A DNA stretch of 64,000 nucleotides from Parasitella parasitica NRRL 2501 (lineage: Eukaryota; Fungi; Mucoromycota): the NCBI GenBank assembly GCA_025201805.1, contig MU619256.1:101356-165355 (forward strand), in the 5' to 3' direction. The notes under the pieces are model-generated. The model saw nothing but the letters and a program-made list of their open reading frames with translations. It made no database searches and was not told the origin of the DNA. The first letter of the stretch is position 1, and the number at the start of each line of letters is the position of its first letter. The position numbers and the translations under genes were made by a program. Positions 23,901 to 36,381 of the stretch are shown here, piece by piece.

Positions 23901-26900
23901 ATAGAACACAGAGATGCGACAAACATGAAAATTACATAGTAGAGCGAATAAAAGATAGATGACGATGACCAGCTGAATTGCGGCTGTGAATCACTATCAT
24001 CTGGAATGACACTCATAGCCGTGAATAACGACAGGATCTACATTGTACGGGCCATCATCAATACACAATAAACACACTTTATCCCAAATTTACTTGCCCA
24101 TCCTTCGCCAGACGCACACTCAAACAGGTGCAACAATGCCTGTCCAAACGTATCAAAAGAGTAATCATAAGGATTTTTCCATGTTCTCGGCAGCAGTATA
24201 CCAAAAGTGTCACTGTCTGTAGACTGAAATTCCCCAGAGCATCCTTGTCGTGATCCAATATCGTCGTCGTTACAGATGGAAAATCTACCACTGAACAGAT
24301 AACAGCCATAGATGGCAAACGGCACAAACACCAAAAAGTTTAGAGCAAGGGCATCAATCATTTTAGGCAGACCGTAGACCAAGTCCAGGAAGATGACACG
24401 CATTCCACGTACATAATATACAATGCGCATAGCTCTCAATGTTCTCAGAATCCTCAGATATCCACTGTAATCTGTCGTTTTTTTAGGCAAATCCACAACT
24501 GTAGCATTAAGAGCAATGAGGACGATTTGGCCTGTTAAATTCATCATATCGAGCAAATTCCATGCGTTCCGCATATACGACTTGGGAAGCATAAACACTC
24601 CGTCAGCCACCATGTGTATAAACACATCAAACCAGTATATCACAAGAAGCAATGCATGCAAGGGCTCAATTACGCTGCGAACCAGTACAGGATGTTCTTC
24701 TCGGTTCGATTCGTCTGCCCACAATGCAAGTAAAGTGCTCACGCAAATCAGCCCCACAATACACCGATTGTAGCTTTCTGCGCTTGCAAGATGGGTGCAC
24801 ACTCTACGAATGACATTGTCCTTTTTCAAAATGATGATGGAGCGAAATACATTCAAGTTCTCCACAATCACTGCCTTGTTTTCTCGTGCAACGTTGAGTT
24901 CGTACTCATCACCATATTTTACAAGCGGTTCCTCATCACGATCAATGTATGGAATGGATTCTGCATCCAAGCAAAGACTATGGCTACTGTATTGCGACAG
25001 GGCAGAGGCTCTTCTTCCGCTCGCTGCGCTCTTTTGAGATAGTATAGACGATGGCCTTTTCCTCATAGACTGAGATTGGCCTTGTCCAGAAGTAGAGAAA
25101 TAGGACATGTTTCTATTTGCAGACTCTGCAGGTGAATATGGGTTAAACTCGTCGCTGTTACTGTTGTCCTGGCCCAAGAAATCTTTGAATTTGCTTGAAG
25201 TGACATGTGCAACCAAGTTGGATGGTATATTTTTGAAATCGAGCTTTTTCTCATCTTGAATGATAAACAGAGGCAATAAAAGTCTATTTTGAAACAGTTA
25301 ATCGTTTCTCCCGAAAGAGAAAAAGATGCAGTATCTTTGTACCTGCTAATGGTGTCCATTTTAAAGTATTCTGGTTTCCACCGATGCTCTCTAATGTATT
25401 TTTTGATCTGAATTTGCTTTATCTCTTCTTCATCCAAATCAAAGTTTTCCATAATAACAGCAATGAAAAGATTGAGGACCATATCTATAAATGTCAGCCA
25501 TTAAACAAGGACGTTTAGGGTTGCGCTGCAACTTACAATGGACTGAAAAGTAAAGAAATATCATATAGATGGCAGCATAGGAGACGGAGGCTTCTTTTTG
25601 ACTATGCATGGCATCGTACAGAATATCTGTCCAGTTTTCACCAGTCATGATCTGAAAGAGTGCCAAAAAAGCCTGATATGAATTGTCAAATCGCATTGAT
25701 GGTTCATCCTGCTCAATAAATTTGAAATCACCTCCAAATAACTGAACAGAGATAGGTGATAACAACAGCAGAACCAGAAATGTGAAAAAGGTAAGATTCA
25801 GGATGCCTTGGCCATCACCAATGGCGTCTGACTAATGAATAATGTCCTTAGCTGTCCATTAATCATCACAAAATTGTGAAAATTTATAAATACCAGTAGT
25901 ACTAATACACCTGGAAACAAGTAGGCAATGCGATAGGATCGGCACACACTAAATACTAGCAAGTATATGTGGTACTTGCTCTCTCTCACAAACGAAAACT
26001 CGTCTACTACTGTTGCAATCGCGATGACTAGATCCACACGGTTTCTTATTCTTTGCCAATATTGCTTCCAATGCAAGCATCCATAGATACGGACAAGTAC
26101 TTCGAGTGCAAATATAAGCGTATATATCCTACCAACAAGATCTATATGTGATGTATCAGTATCCTTTATATTTGTATATATTGCATCAGACAGCATACCA
26201 TAGTATGCCTTGTCCTGTGTCGACATATTTTTACTATAGAACATCATGGCAAACACGTTCAAAACCACCAGAATACTGCCAAAATAAGGAAACAAGGCAT
26301 GATGTGTAATATAATGTGCCCATCCTTGTATCAAAGACCTGGTCTGGAGATGACCACCTAAGCCTGTTCCTTCATAGATCCATTCTTCATGGTCTTCGTC
26401 CTCGTGCGCTTGTTGCTCCTGCTGATGGACCTTGTGTCGCTTACCAGACGCTAGCAGCAGTCTTGCCTTTCGTGTAGATGAAAATGCACTCTCTCGCATG
26501 TCACCTCGGATATGGGAAAACGAAGTTGTAATGACAGCAATAAACATAGGGACCATTATAAATGTCATCAAATAGATGCAGAACGAATAAAAGATAGCAG
26601 CCCCAAGGTTGGAGACACTATCTTGCGTAATATAAAGCAAGTCAGTCCAGTTTTCAGTAGAGATTACAGTCAATATGTTCAGCATTGTATAAAAGATGTT
26701 TTTGTAGCTCATGTAGCCGTACTCTGGCTGGTTAGCCACATCTTGTATGCAGACTTGCCCCAGTTTACAAAATAGCCCATCACCGCCAGGATGCGTGTTT
26801 TGAGTGCCAGTGTTGACATCGTAGGGACCAGTTCGCTCGTTTGCGCTTGTCATGTAGCCACTGCAGGAAATACGAGGTTCCACGTATTGTATATCCACTG

Positions 26901-29684
26901 GATTCTTGTGTAGTCCATTTTCTGGCCAAACAGCACATCGTCTACTGAAAGCATTCATGAATATAAACAGGGCAGCCAAAGAAAATAGCAGCCAAAAAAA
27001 GACAAAAAACCCCAGGACGTTCTTGAGCATGTCGTAGCTGCTGCTAAGCGATTTCATAATGACGGTGGTGCCTTCAGTGATGACCAAAAGTCGAAGCAAG
27101 CGAACGGCAGCCAATGCTTGGAATATAGGGTATGGACGTCTGGATAGATAGAGCACCGTCAGCAGATCGATCCAGTACGATGATACTGCTATCAGATCCA
27201 TAATGTTGGCAAGGCTGGAAAGGAAGCTCTTGTGAGTCACTTTGAGGAAATCAACCTCGTTTTCCTCAGCAGAGGAGGTGCGGAGAGGGTGTGGATTCAA
27301 GCTAGCAAGCACTTGCTGTTCAGCCGCGGAAAGAATAGACTTGGCGTCTTCGCTGTCTGCCTCTTCTATTCGTGTACGATGCTTTTGAGGAACTGACAAG
27401 CGAGGGCCGCTGTTATAGACTGACTCCAAATCATCCAGGCAGGATGAAGAGCAATTCCGCATAATAGTGGTATTTTCTGTCATTGCTGCCGGCGATGCTG
27501 AGCTTGAGGATGGAGGCCCGGATAGATTACTGCCTGTACCAAGACTGTGTGCCGCATATTTTGGGTAGATTCTTTCGGTGCTTGATATGATAGAAGCATT
27601 AGCGGATGATGTGGATCTCGGTGTGTGCGCAAATGATGGTATTTGGCTTTGACGATGGTGAGATCGGATATAATTTGAGGTGGTATCGTGCTCGTCTCCA
27701 TCACTATCATCTTGTGAAATCGCAGATTCAGCATCGTTTACACGAACGACGGAAAAAAAGCTAGTCTTCCTTTGGGTATCACGGATGCGCTTGAGCCATG
27801 ATTGTAAACTGGGTCTCGAGTGCGAATGTGTGCTGAGAATCAAGCCATATACAATGATTTTTGAAGCCATTTCAAAGCTACAAATGGCTGATTAGTAAAT
27901 ATATATATATATATATATTTATATAAATTATATACAATATACTGCTCTGTGTGTTTATACTTACGTATAGATAATGTATATCAGCAAAAGCAGAAAATCA
28001 CCAATCCTGCTAAAGAGCGCTGCATCTTTGTTGAACAAAACGGGCACAAATGACATTAAAATCCACTGTGTAAGCAGCAACAGTAATACAAGTACCTCAA
28101 ACCATCTAAATACCCAAAAAAAATCAGTTGCCGTTTACATTATACATCTGATTTCAAGAGTTCCTACTGTGAACCAACGATTTTCCAGAGACAGAGCCTA
28201 GTTGGGCTTGTGGGCGAAAAAAGGAATAATGACCATCCTTCAAATCTGATTTGCGTGTTGTGCTCTTCATGGCACTGATTCTGCTGCAGACGAATGACTG
28301 GGCGACACAGATGCTTTCTGAATTTCGAAAATTTGAGCTTGAGATTTTTTAGATCATTTGACAGTGCCCTGAAATGAGGGAAGGTTTGTGGCGGCGGCGG
28401 CGGCACTAGTCTATCTGTTTCGGACGCTGTGTAATGAATTTGGCTACCCTCTGACCCTGACCTCGATATACTGGGTATACGACTAATGGATGCAAAAGGG
28501 AAAATGTCGCCTAAACTACCAAGGTTGCGACTCTTACTGCGTTTCTGTGGTGAGCAAAGTAGAGGAGAAGTTTCATCTTGATGTTCTTCGTCTGTAACGG
28601 ATAAAACAGCTTGATCTTGACCTGGATGAATGCTGTCCTCTGTTTCTTCAACAAACAGCTCGATAATGGGATGGTTTGCTGCGATGCAAGGGGTTTGCAG
28701 ACCATCCTCATTTGATATATTCGTATCGTCATCTTCACTGTCGCTACTGCTGTCCTTGCTCTGTCCACTCTTCAATACATACAGATATCGCGACAGAGAG
28801 TTCAGTTCTTCAATCGACAATTTTGTGTCTGCTGGTTCAGAGACCCTGCTATCAACTACTCGTGATGCAATAACCCCTAGTTTGTGCAAGATTGTATATA
28901 TGGTGGACTGATAGTGTCTTTTCTTGTTTTTTTTTGTTCGATTGAGGGCAATGTGTGCAGCAGATAGTCGCACTAGGCCAGAAAAACGTCGTGGTGGACC
29001 TGATGAAACTGGCTGCTGCTGGGGTGTACAATTACTAGTGTTGGAAGCACCACTTGTGTTGACAGAGCGACTATGGGTAGATTGTTTTTTTTTAGCAACT
29101 GAACCATAGGAGTGATTTCGGTTGCTATCATTGAGTGTCCTGTTTGAAGATGAAACATGAGATGCGGAAAATGCATGGCGCTGTCCATGAAGACGGTGAT
29201 GATGGTGGTGATTATGCTTGCTGTGGTTGTGCCTTGGATTTTGCCTTGAAAAGCCACGACTGAAATGTGCTCCGTACTGAGAATTGGGTGAGTTAATCGA
29301 AGCACCCGAGCTCTCCGAGCCCATCTTTTCAAACGGTGTAGCTAGTGCCATTGGCGAGTTGTCTTCATTATATACATGACGAGCAATGTTACCATTCGAT
29401 ATACTCCGGCGCCTTTGAATCACCCTTACTCCTGTTGCAGGTCCGTCTGAAAGCAGCAAATCTAACCTATCTTTCTTTTCCAGCATGTCTCTTGTCAACG
29501 GCTGTGCATACTGGCCTTGGTCTTGCGGTGAAATACTGCTTTGTAAAGGGGATACAGGACTATTGCTGGAGGAATATTTTGATGGTCGCACAGACTCCTG
29601 GCTGTCAGATGTAAGAGATGTAGCAATTTGTTCACCAAATCGATAGCTATTGAGTTGACGAATGCTATTTGATGGAGAGCTCAT
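20976..29684 (-). CDS. CCH1: Four-domain Ca2+ channel alpha subunit, Cch1/NALCN clade, many exons
   Basis: Four 6-TM repeats with pore loops ISTENWTD, MTGENWTD, ASGEGW and TTGENW; S4-like RILRTLRAMR; LNLFIAVIMENF; SLFLFSPTSPTRL pre-domain motif; long low-complexity N-terminus. Confidence 0.9.
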
Positions 29685-29913
29685 ATAACATCAAGTAGCC
29701 TTATTCCAGATGTAAATTGTGCCCAACAAGAGATTTTATATCGAGAAAAGGATGAGAATCATTGAGGTTTCTCGGGAGATTTTATAGACGTTTGAGTGTG
29801 GAAGAGCCATGTGGAGCTATTGGCTCAGCTATTTTTGACTGTTGTAAAAGGTGAAACTCATTCATTTTGGTTTTTTCACGCTTTGGAAGCTTTACCCTCA
29901 TATTACGTACACG

Positions 29914-30054
29914 ATGAATTTCTCATGCGGTTGTATATTTGACAAGACAATTAAAGAGCCTCGCTTCAAGAAATCAAAGCACTTTGAGGACCTGAGTGCC
30001 AGTTTCGCCATCAATGCCAAAAATGAACAACTAGGAGCACAGTAAATATGCTTG

Positions 30055-30123
<69 letters not shown>

Positions 30124-30527
30124 GACAGATGCTATCCATCATTTCTTACACACATGCACATAGCTACTCTTGGTTGGTCCAGCTATATAAACCTTTGAAG
30201 GAAAAGCAGCCTTATGTTGAAGCAACATTTGAAAATCCTGCCGATTCAAGCGATCCTATACATGTTCCAGCAATTGAATTGAAGGGAGATCAACAGGATT
30301 TTGAACACCCTCGCTACTATTTTCTATCCCCAGCATTAGGTGCATTGAATTGTAGACTATACGACATCAAAATCACAGCATATACAGATAAATCAAAAAC
30401 CAAGATCATCACACAGCACGAAAACCAACTTTTATCTCGAATCAACTCTGAGAGCTGTGTCAAATCTGAATTCTTGGAGAGGATGAATGCCGCGGCAAAG
30501 CAAGCGGAATGGGAGCTAAAACAATAG
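29914..30527 (+). CDS. Uncharacterised 163-aa protein, 2 exons (intron 30042-30163)
   Basis: MNFSCGCIFDK...LGA|HYSWLVQLYKP...EWELKQ joins in frame across a GT-AG intron that contains an A66 tract. Confidence 0.8.
30055..30120. repeat. Poly-A tract (66 nt), intronic
   Basis: Read directly from the sequence. Confidence 0.95.
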
Positions 30528-30547
30528 ACCGTTTTTTTTTTATTTGG

Positions 30548-31732
30548 CTAAAACATCACTGTATCTTTCAGTTGGAATCGAGGTACCTTTCTGTAGTCTC
30601 CAATCTTGCCCAGCCTCCACAAATAAACATCTAAACTGCCTGTCGTCATATTATTCACAGGTCCTGCTCCACCTTGAGCGGCTTTGACAATATCTTCACA
30701 AGCGGTGACACCTGCTGCTCTTAGTGTCGTTGCTGCTTGGACACTTAAATCAATATTGTTGTCAATATCTCTTTGCCATTCCTCAGGAATCTGAATCACA
30801 CCCAGATGTGCCAACATGGTAGGGATTACGTTATCTGAGAATACAGTGAGTGAATCGATATCCTTGAAATTAAATAGATCTGGTAATTGCTCTTTGAAAG
30901 TGTACCACAAATGATAAACGATGATTTGAGCCTTTTTATACAAGTATACAGGCTCTGGGTGTCCTGGAAATTTGTAGCTATCGTGAAGGCCAGGCAATGC
31001 CTTGATCAAATGTTCAGTGAGGCTGCGGGCGTTTTGTGGGTTTTGTCTGACATGCTGCATGATGAATTGAGCAAGGTCTTTATAGTTATGCGCTTTCAAA
31101 TATTCGCCTGTTGAGTTGAGAACGTCGGTCAATCCAGCAGCGAAAGACTTGAGAACTGTGGGCTCCGAAACAGTGACAAAGTCCAACTTTTCATGCTTGA
31201 CTTCGCGATCAATTGGGATTTGGAAAGTTTCGGCAATGTCAAAAATAGTGCAGTTCTTGAAACTTTCGGCATCCATAGGCTTTCCACCAATATGAAAAGA
31301 CATGGCACCAAAGCGAATAGTGTCAAAAGCGCTATTGTGGGTACATGGCCAAGGAAAATACACGAAACAAGCACGTTATTAACATGAATCACATTCAAAA
31401 AAAAAAAAAAAAGACAATTCTTACCCTCTACCTGTCATTTCATGAAGAGGAACTCTATATCCACTTCCAAAATTGAGCAAATCAATCACGGTAATAAAAT
31501 TCAATTCATCCTCGATTGTCTCAAACTTGAGTGGCATCTTGATGGTAACATCATCTGAAAGTTCATTGAATTGTAGCTTGTCCAAGTTGTTTAAAAATTT
31601 ATCAATTTCCTTTTGACAAATCTTTACTGGGCTTGATTCAACAAATGACCGACAGGAAGTACGGACAGATTGAATGAAATTTCCACTAGGCAATTCAGAA
31701 GCGTACGGATTTATTTCGTTGCTGCCAGACAT
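30548..31732 (-). CDS. QNG1: Queuosine salvage protein (queuosine 5'-phosphate N-glycosylase, DUF2419/C9orf64 family), 2 exons
   Basis: IDLLNFGSG; YKKAQI; LTVFSDNVIPTMLAHLGVI; LRAAGVTAC; SLDVYLW. Confidence 0.82.
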
Positions 31733-34049
31733 ATGCTTTGTTTGGGGGGGGGGGAGGAAAAATACGAAGGTACACTACAGTCAACATGGCACACGCTTTA
31801 TGATATGCCAGGGCTACAAGTCACTTGAGTTACCGTTACGGTACCGTATTTAGATTTCTACGCGCTAATTATTTTAGTTTTGATCAAACAGCCGTTGTGC
31901 AGGACCACTAGGTATTTTTAAATGAATGACTATTTGAGTTCTTCATTATTCCATTTTTCAATGCAATAAAAATTGTTTATCAAGACTGTCGACATGCATG
32001 TACTTCAGATACCTGAAACTGAACAATCACCAACGAGCCACAATAAAAATTGGTTGAATTTCATAATTGATAAATTATTCCAGATAAATTCGTTAGATAT
32101 GGGACATCTGAATAAGCTCAAATATTTAGGCAAGTCTATAGAACCGCATAGATATTTAAACAAAAAAATGGCCCAATTAAAAAACCATTAAGTATCAAAC
32201 TATGAAAGTATCAAACTGCAAATATTATTAAGGCATCAAGTTGTACGTACCCGTCAAATTATGCATTTACACAATAGCAGTTTATCCCTGAATCCAAGTT
32301 TAAACCAACCATTTTCATTCTGTTTTCTCCTATAATTATATGTCCTTTCAAAAAACATATCATATTCAAGCAACTGACAATATCTATTTTTATAGCTTCG
32401 CATTATCATTTTATGTTACATTTGTCAAGTCAGCATATTCAGTATCAAGGAAAGTATAACGGACGGATTGGTGTACAAAAATGTGTTTGGTATAGCGAGT
32501 TATCCCCAATTCAGAATTTCATACTCTATATTACAATGCGTGGAACCCGTAATCTATCAGAAGCTAATTATAGAGCTTAACTTTTGTCAGTAAAATTACC
32601 CTCAATTTCAATCCTAACCTCTATTTTACTTTCTATTTTACATGCTTAGCATTAGAATTACAAAAAAAAAAGGAACTCTTGACTGACATTAAGCATTATT
32701 ATAAGCAATAGTGGTAATAGGGCTTCTCTGTCAGTAGCAAGTAGCAACTTATATGAATTATTCACAAATAATAAAGGGTTATTACAGCAAAACATTGTAT
32801 TCATTAATTATTCTCTTTTGTTTCCAACTCGATGAGCCGCACCTGTTTTATCTTATTAATATGAAGCAAGGTATACTTGTGTCATCAAAAATAATTACTT
32901 TATAGAGCTGTGTCATGTACTAGAATTGATATTGACTTGCTATCGTCTCCAGATAGATATTTTTACAGCCTAAAAGCAAGAACTTTAGCTTTATGTGCCA
33001 TTTTCTGATTGATTTTTATAATTAAAAATGCCCTGAAAACACCAAAAATAGTATCCATTGGGAAAAAACTATAATATATATAATTTTGGTGCAATTTGAG
33101 CATGATTTTTTTTTTATGCAAAATGACGGATTTTTTCGATTTTTTCCTTGTATCCACACATGCAAAATCAACGATTATGCTTTATTCTCGGTTTTGACCC
33201 CAAAAATGCAACTTTTTATTATAACATATATTAGAGGAAAATGATCGTAAAAGACGATTCCTTGATCTGAAAGACTGGAGATGCTCTTTGATTAAGCAAA
33301 ATTTTAACTTTTCCCTCTTAATCTGTTTTGAAGTTTTCTCGACTTGACTCCTTCCATAAGCATACGAGAATTATGAAATAATGCTATCGTGTAGAGCTTC
33401 CAAAAATACAGCTATTATCATAGATTGACAGCCGAGGTATGCATAGTATCGGGGGATGATATCTTGCCTTAAAGAAGTAATTTTGTTTTCTAATTGTACA
33501 AATGGAGTTTCTGAAAGAATTTTTTCTTCCTGATTTTGGATGCGTTTAATCTCCGCTATTAGAGAAAAATGATGTTTTTTTTTGAAGAAAGTATTAGCTT
33601 TGAGAAACCATAGCGTACCCAATTTAAAAGAAAAACTATTGTAACCTATTTTATTTAATTGTCGTGCTTCTTGGATTTCTAATGGTAGTACTTGCATGTT
33701 TGCACCTGGCCTGACGATCTCACGCTCCGATTTTGAAAAATACTTTGCCAAAAAAAGTTAAAAAAGTCGCTACCTTCAATTTATGTCGACTTGAAAAATA
33801 CAAAGACCTGCTTTAAGCTATAAAAATACGTTATCAGAAGGTGTATTATAGTCTACTGCATTACTTTGCATTACTTGTTTATGTGGCTAAGATCCCTAAA
33901 TTATTGTTTTCTTACAGTTTTTGTCTTTCTTCTGGCAAAAGCACACTAACGTTCACGCAGACCAAAAAAAAAAACAGGCGTCTAAAATCTACGCTTTACA
34001 GACACAAACTTTTGAACCATTCCAATATTATGGGAAAAATGGCACAGGT

Positions 34050-34430
34050 TGACTAGCTGTTCTTCTGTGCGACTGGATATACAGAAGCCAGCTTGGTACT
34101 TGTCCGACCACACCTCCTACACTAGAAGACGTCAGATCAACAGAAGGTATAAGAAAGTGCCAGAGAAAAGGAAACAATCTGCCACCAGGATAATACGCCC
34201 ATTTACTAAAAAAATACATCTGTATAGAAATTTATGAAATTCCAAGGACATAAAAGTGTTTATCTTCAACCTTGCTCTCCGTTCCTGAATCCAATTAAAG
34301 GTCTTTAATCCAAAGTCAACAGACACACTCGCACCAAGAATTACAGATGTTTGTCAATAGACAATCGTAACCTGTTTTAGTGACTACCTTGAACTTCAAG
34401 ATAGGATGTAGATACAGTATCTTATTTCAC
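34050..34430 (+). mobile_element. Decayed Tc1/mariner (IS630-like) transposase fragment
   Basis: The frame from 34186 reads QDNTPIY*...GHKSVYLQPCSPFLNPIKGL*SKV, matching the DNAPIH...YLPPYSPxLNPIExxWSKVK end of the DDE domain. TLAPRITDVC follows in a shifted frame. Confidence 0.65.
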
Positions 34431-35368
34431 AACACATTCTCTTAATATTTTCACTACGAATGAAATATAGCAATTATTCTTTTTCTCTAAATATGGGAAT
34501 TCCCTACTCAAAAACTTTCAATGGAGACATATCTCTTCTCTTAGAAACTTCTTGGCTTTTATCAGAGATAAAAGGTTTGTTACCAGAAACTTTAAAATAT
34601 ATAATCACAATGACCATGACCTTTAACATTTACTTGAACTTTTTTTTTTTCAGAAACTGCAAAATGACAGTATATCAGATAGCCCTGATCATGGCGGTCT
34701 CAGACAAGTATACGACATGGCTTGAATTGTCCTTTATGATATGAAAGTTAGTGGGGGGTTTTTTTTCCCAGTCAACTGCTTATGTATAGAAATTCAGTGG
34801 AACAAAATATGTATGATTTCTGGGTATGATATGTAATATCTGATCTTGGATAATGGGAGTTATCTTTGTCGAAAGTCATTGGACTGAAAACCACTATTTC
34901 TTTATAGCGTAATAGCGGGTTGAAGATCTAAAGACTAAGTAATAGAAGCTATTGCAACATCATTGGAGGGGTAGTTATTTGCTAAAGAGGTCTCCATCAT
35001 CATGCGTGGTGGTGGTGGTGGTGGCGCGATGATGAGATCGAACGGCTTAGCTTGATGAGGCAGCAAAACAAATTAGCCTTCACATCTTTAAAGCAATGCT
35101 ATAGGGAAATTGAATTTTCGTTCATTAATTAATTAGTTAGCAATTAGTAAATACAGTGTGTAGTGGGTTAACCATGAACGGTGTTGGGTTTCATATGTTA
35201 CGTTTGCAAAAAAGCAAGAGGTTGCTTCCCATGCTTGATTGCTTCTAGCAGCCAAGAAGATCAAGGAAAGATGGACGTCCCGTTCCAAACAGTCACCATT
35301 GTGTTGTTGCCATGATTCAAAATCAACATTGGAAAAAAAAAAAAACTATTACTTTACACTAAATCAAC

Positions 35369-36186
35369 ATGTCCAGCAACACACCAATTGACATTACGCA
35401 AGATACACCTAAATCAAGCAGCAAGCAAGTTCCTGGAAGAACACCTGGTACAACCATGCTTCCTTTAGCTAGAATAAAGCGCGTCATTAAAGAAGACAAG
35501 GATGTTGCGCTCATCAACGCAGAGGCAACATTTTGTATTGCCTATGCCACTGTAAATTGACCCATCAATATATGAAGAAAAAAAAACCGAAATCACTAAT
35601 GCAACTGGGAAATAGGAATTGTTTATGGAATATCTTGTCACTGAAGCCTTCTCAAGAGCTAAAAAAGAAAAGAGAAAAACTGTCTACTACAAAGATTTAG
35701 GTTTGTTGCTATCACAAGACGAAAGAATTTTACAGTGCTCATTCGATTATAGCTAGTACAGTCAAGGAATCCGATCAATTGGAGTTTTTAGTAGATGTCA
35801 TACCTACAACCATGACTTTGAAGGAGGCTATGGCTAAACGTAAAGAGAACTTGAGCGACGAAACAGAATCATCAAGCCCAACTCCGGCCAAGAAGCAAAA
35901 GACAAGCAACAAATCAAATGCGAAATCAGATGCAACTGATACACGAAACACATCTGCGCCTCCTACTTCCACTATTAAAGCTGCCGCTGCTGAATCCATA
36001 GATGAAAATACAATCACCTTGGACGAAAATGATGAAACTAACTCTCAAGGCGAAGAGGATGACAACATAGAACAAGGAGAAGATGAAGCACAAGTGGAGA
36101 CTGAGAACACTGCAGTGACAACAGAGACTCAAGATGATGTCGATCAGGACGATTTGATGATGGAAGAAGATCCAAAACAAGATTAG
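35369..36186 (+). CDS. Histone-fold protein, Dpb3/POLE4/CHRAC1-like, acidic tail, 3 exons
   Basis: LPLARIKRVIKEDKDV...ATFCIAYATELFMEYL...RKTVYYKDLASTV...LEFLVDVIP. Confidence 0.85.
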
Positions 36187-36381
36187 AACATCAGTTCTTT
36201 ACGTCATGTGGTCTCTTTTATTTGTGTATGTAGAGCGAGTAAATGCGAAGGTTTTTTTCGTGCAACAATTCTCGTATAAAATAAAAAGCCCATTGCAACC
36301 ACCACTTTCTTTTTCCTTTCGTTTCTCCCTCCCCTCTCCCCCCCTTTTTTTTTTCTTGATAATAGCAAGAAACAATAAAGA

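Noticed and set aside
30048-30163. Poly-lysine N-terminus in ORF 30048..30527
   Set aside because: It is the translation of an intronic A66 tract. The true start is at 29914.
33371-33751. 126-aa minus-strand ORF in the AT-rich block
   Set aside because: Non-ATG start, no motif, and located in transposon debris
35155-35210. tRNA A-box-like GTGTAGTGGGTTAACC
   Set aside because: No B box or cloverleaf follows it
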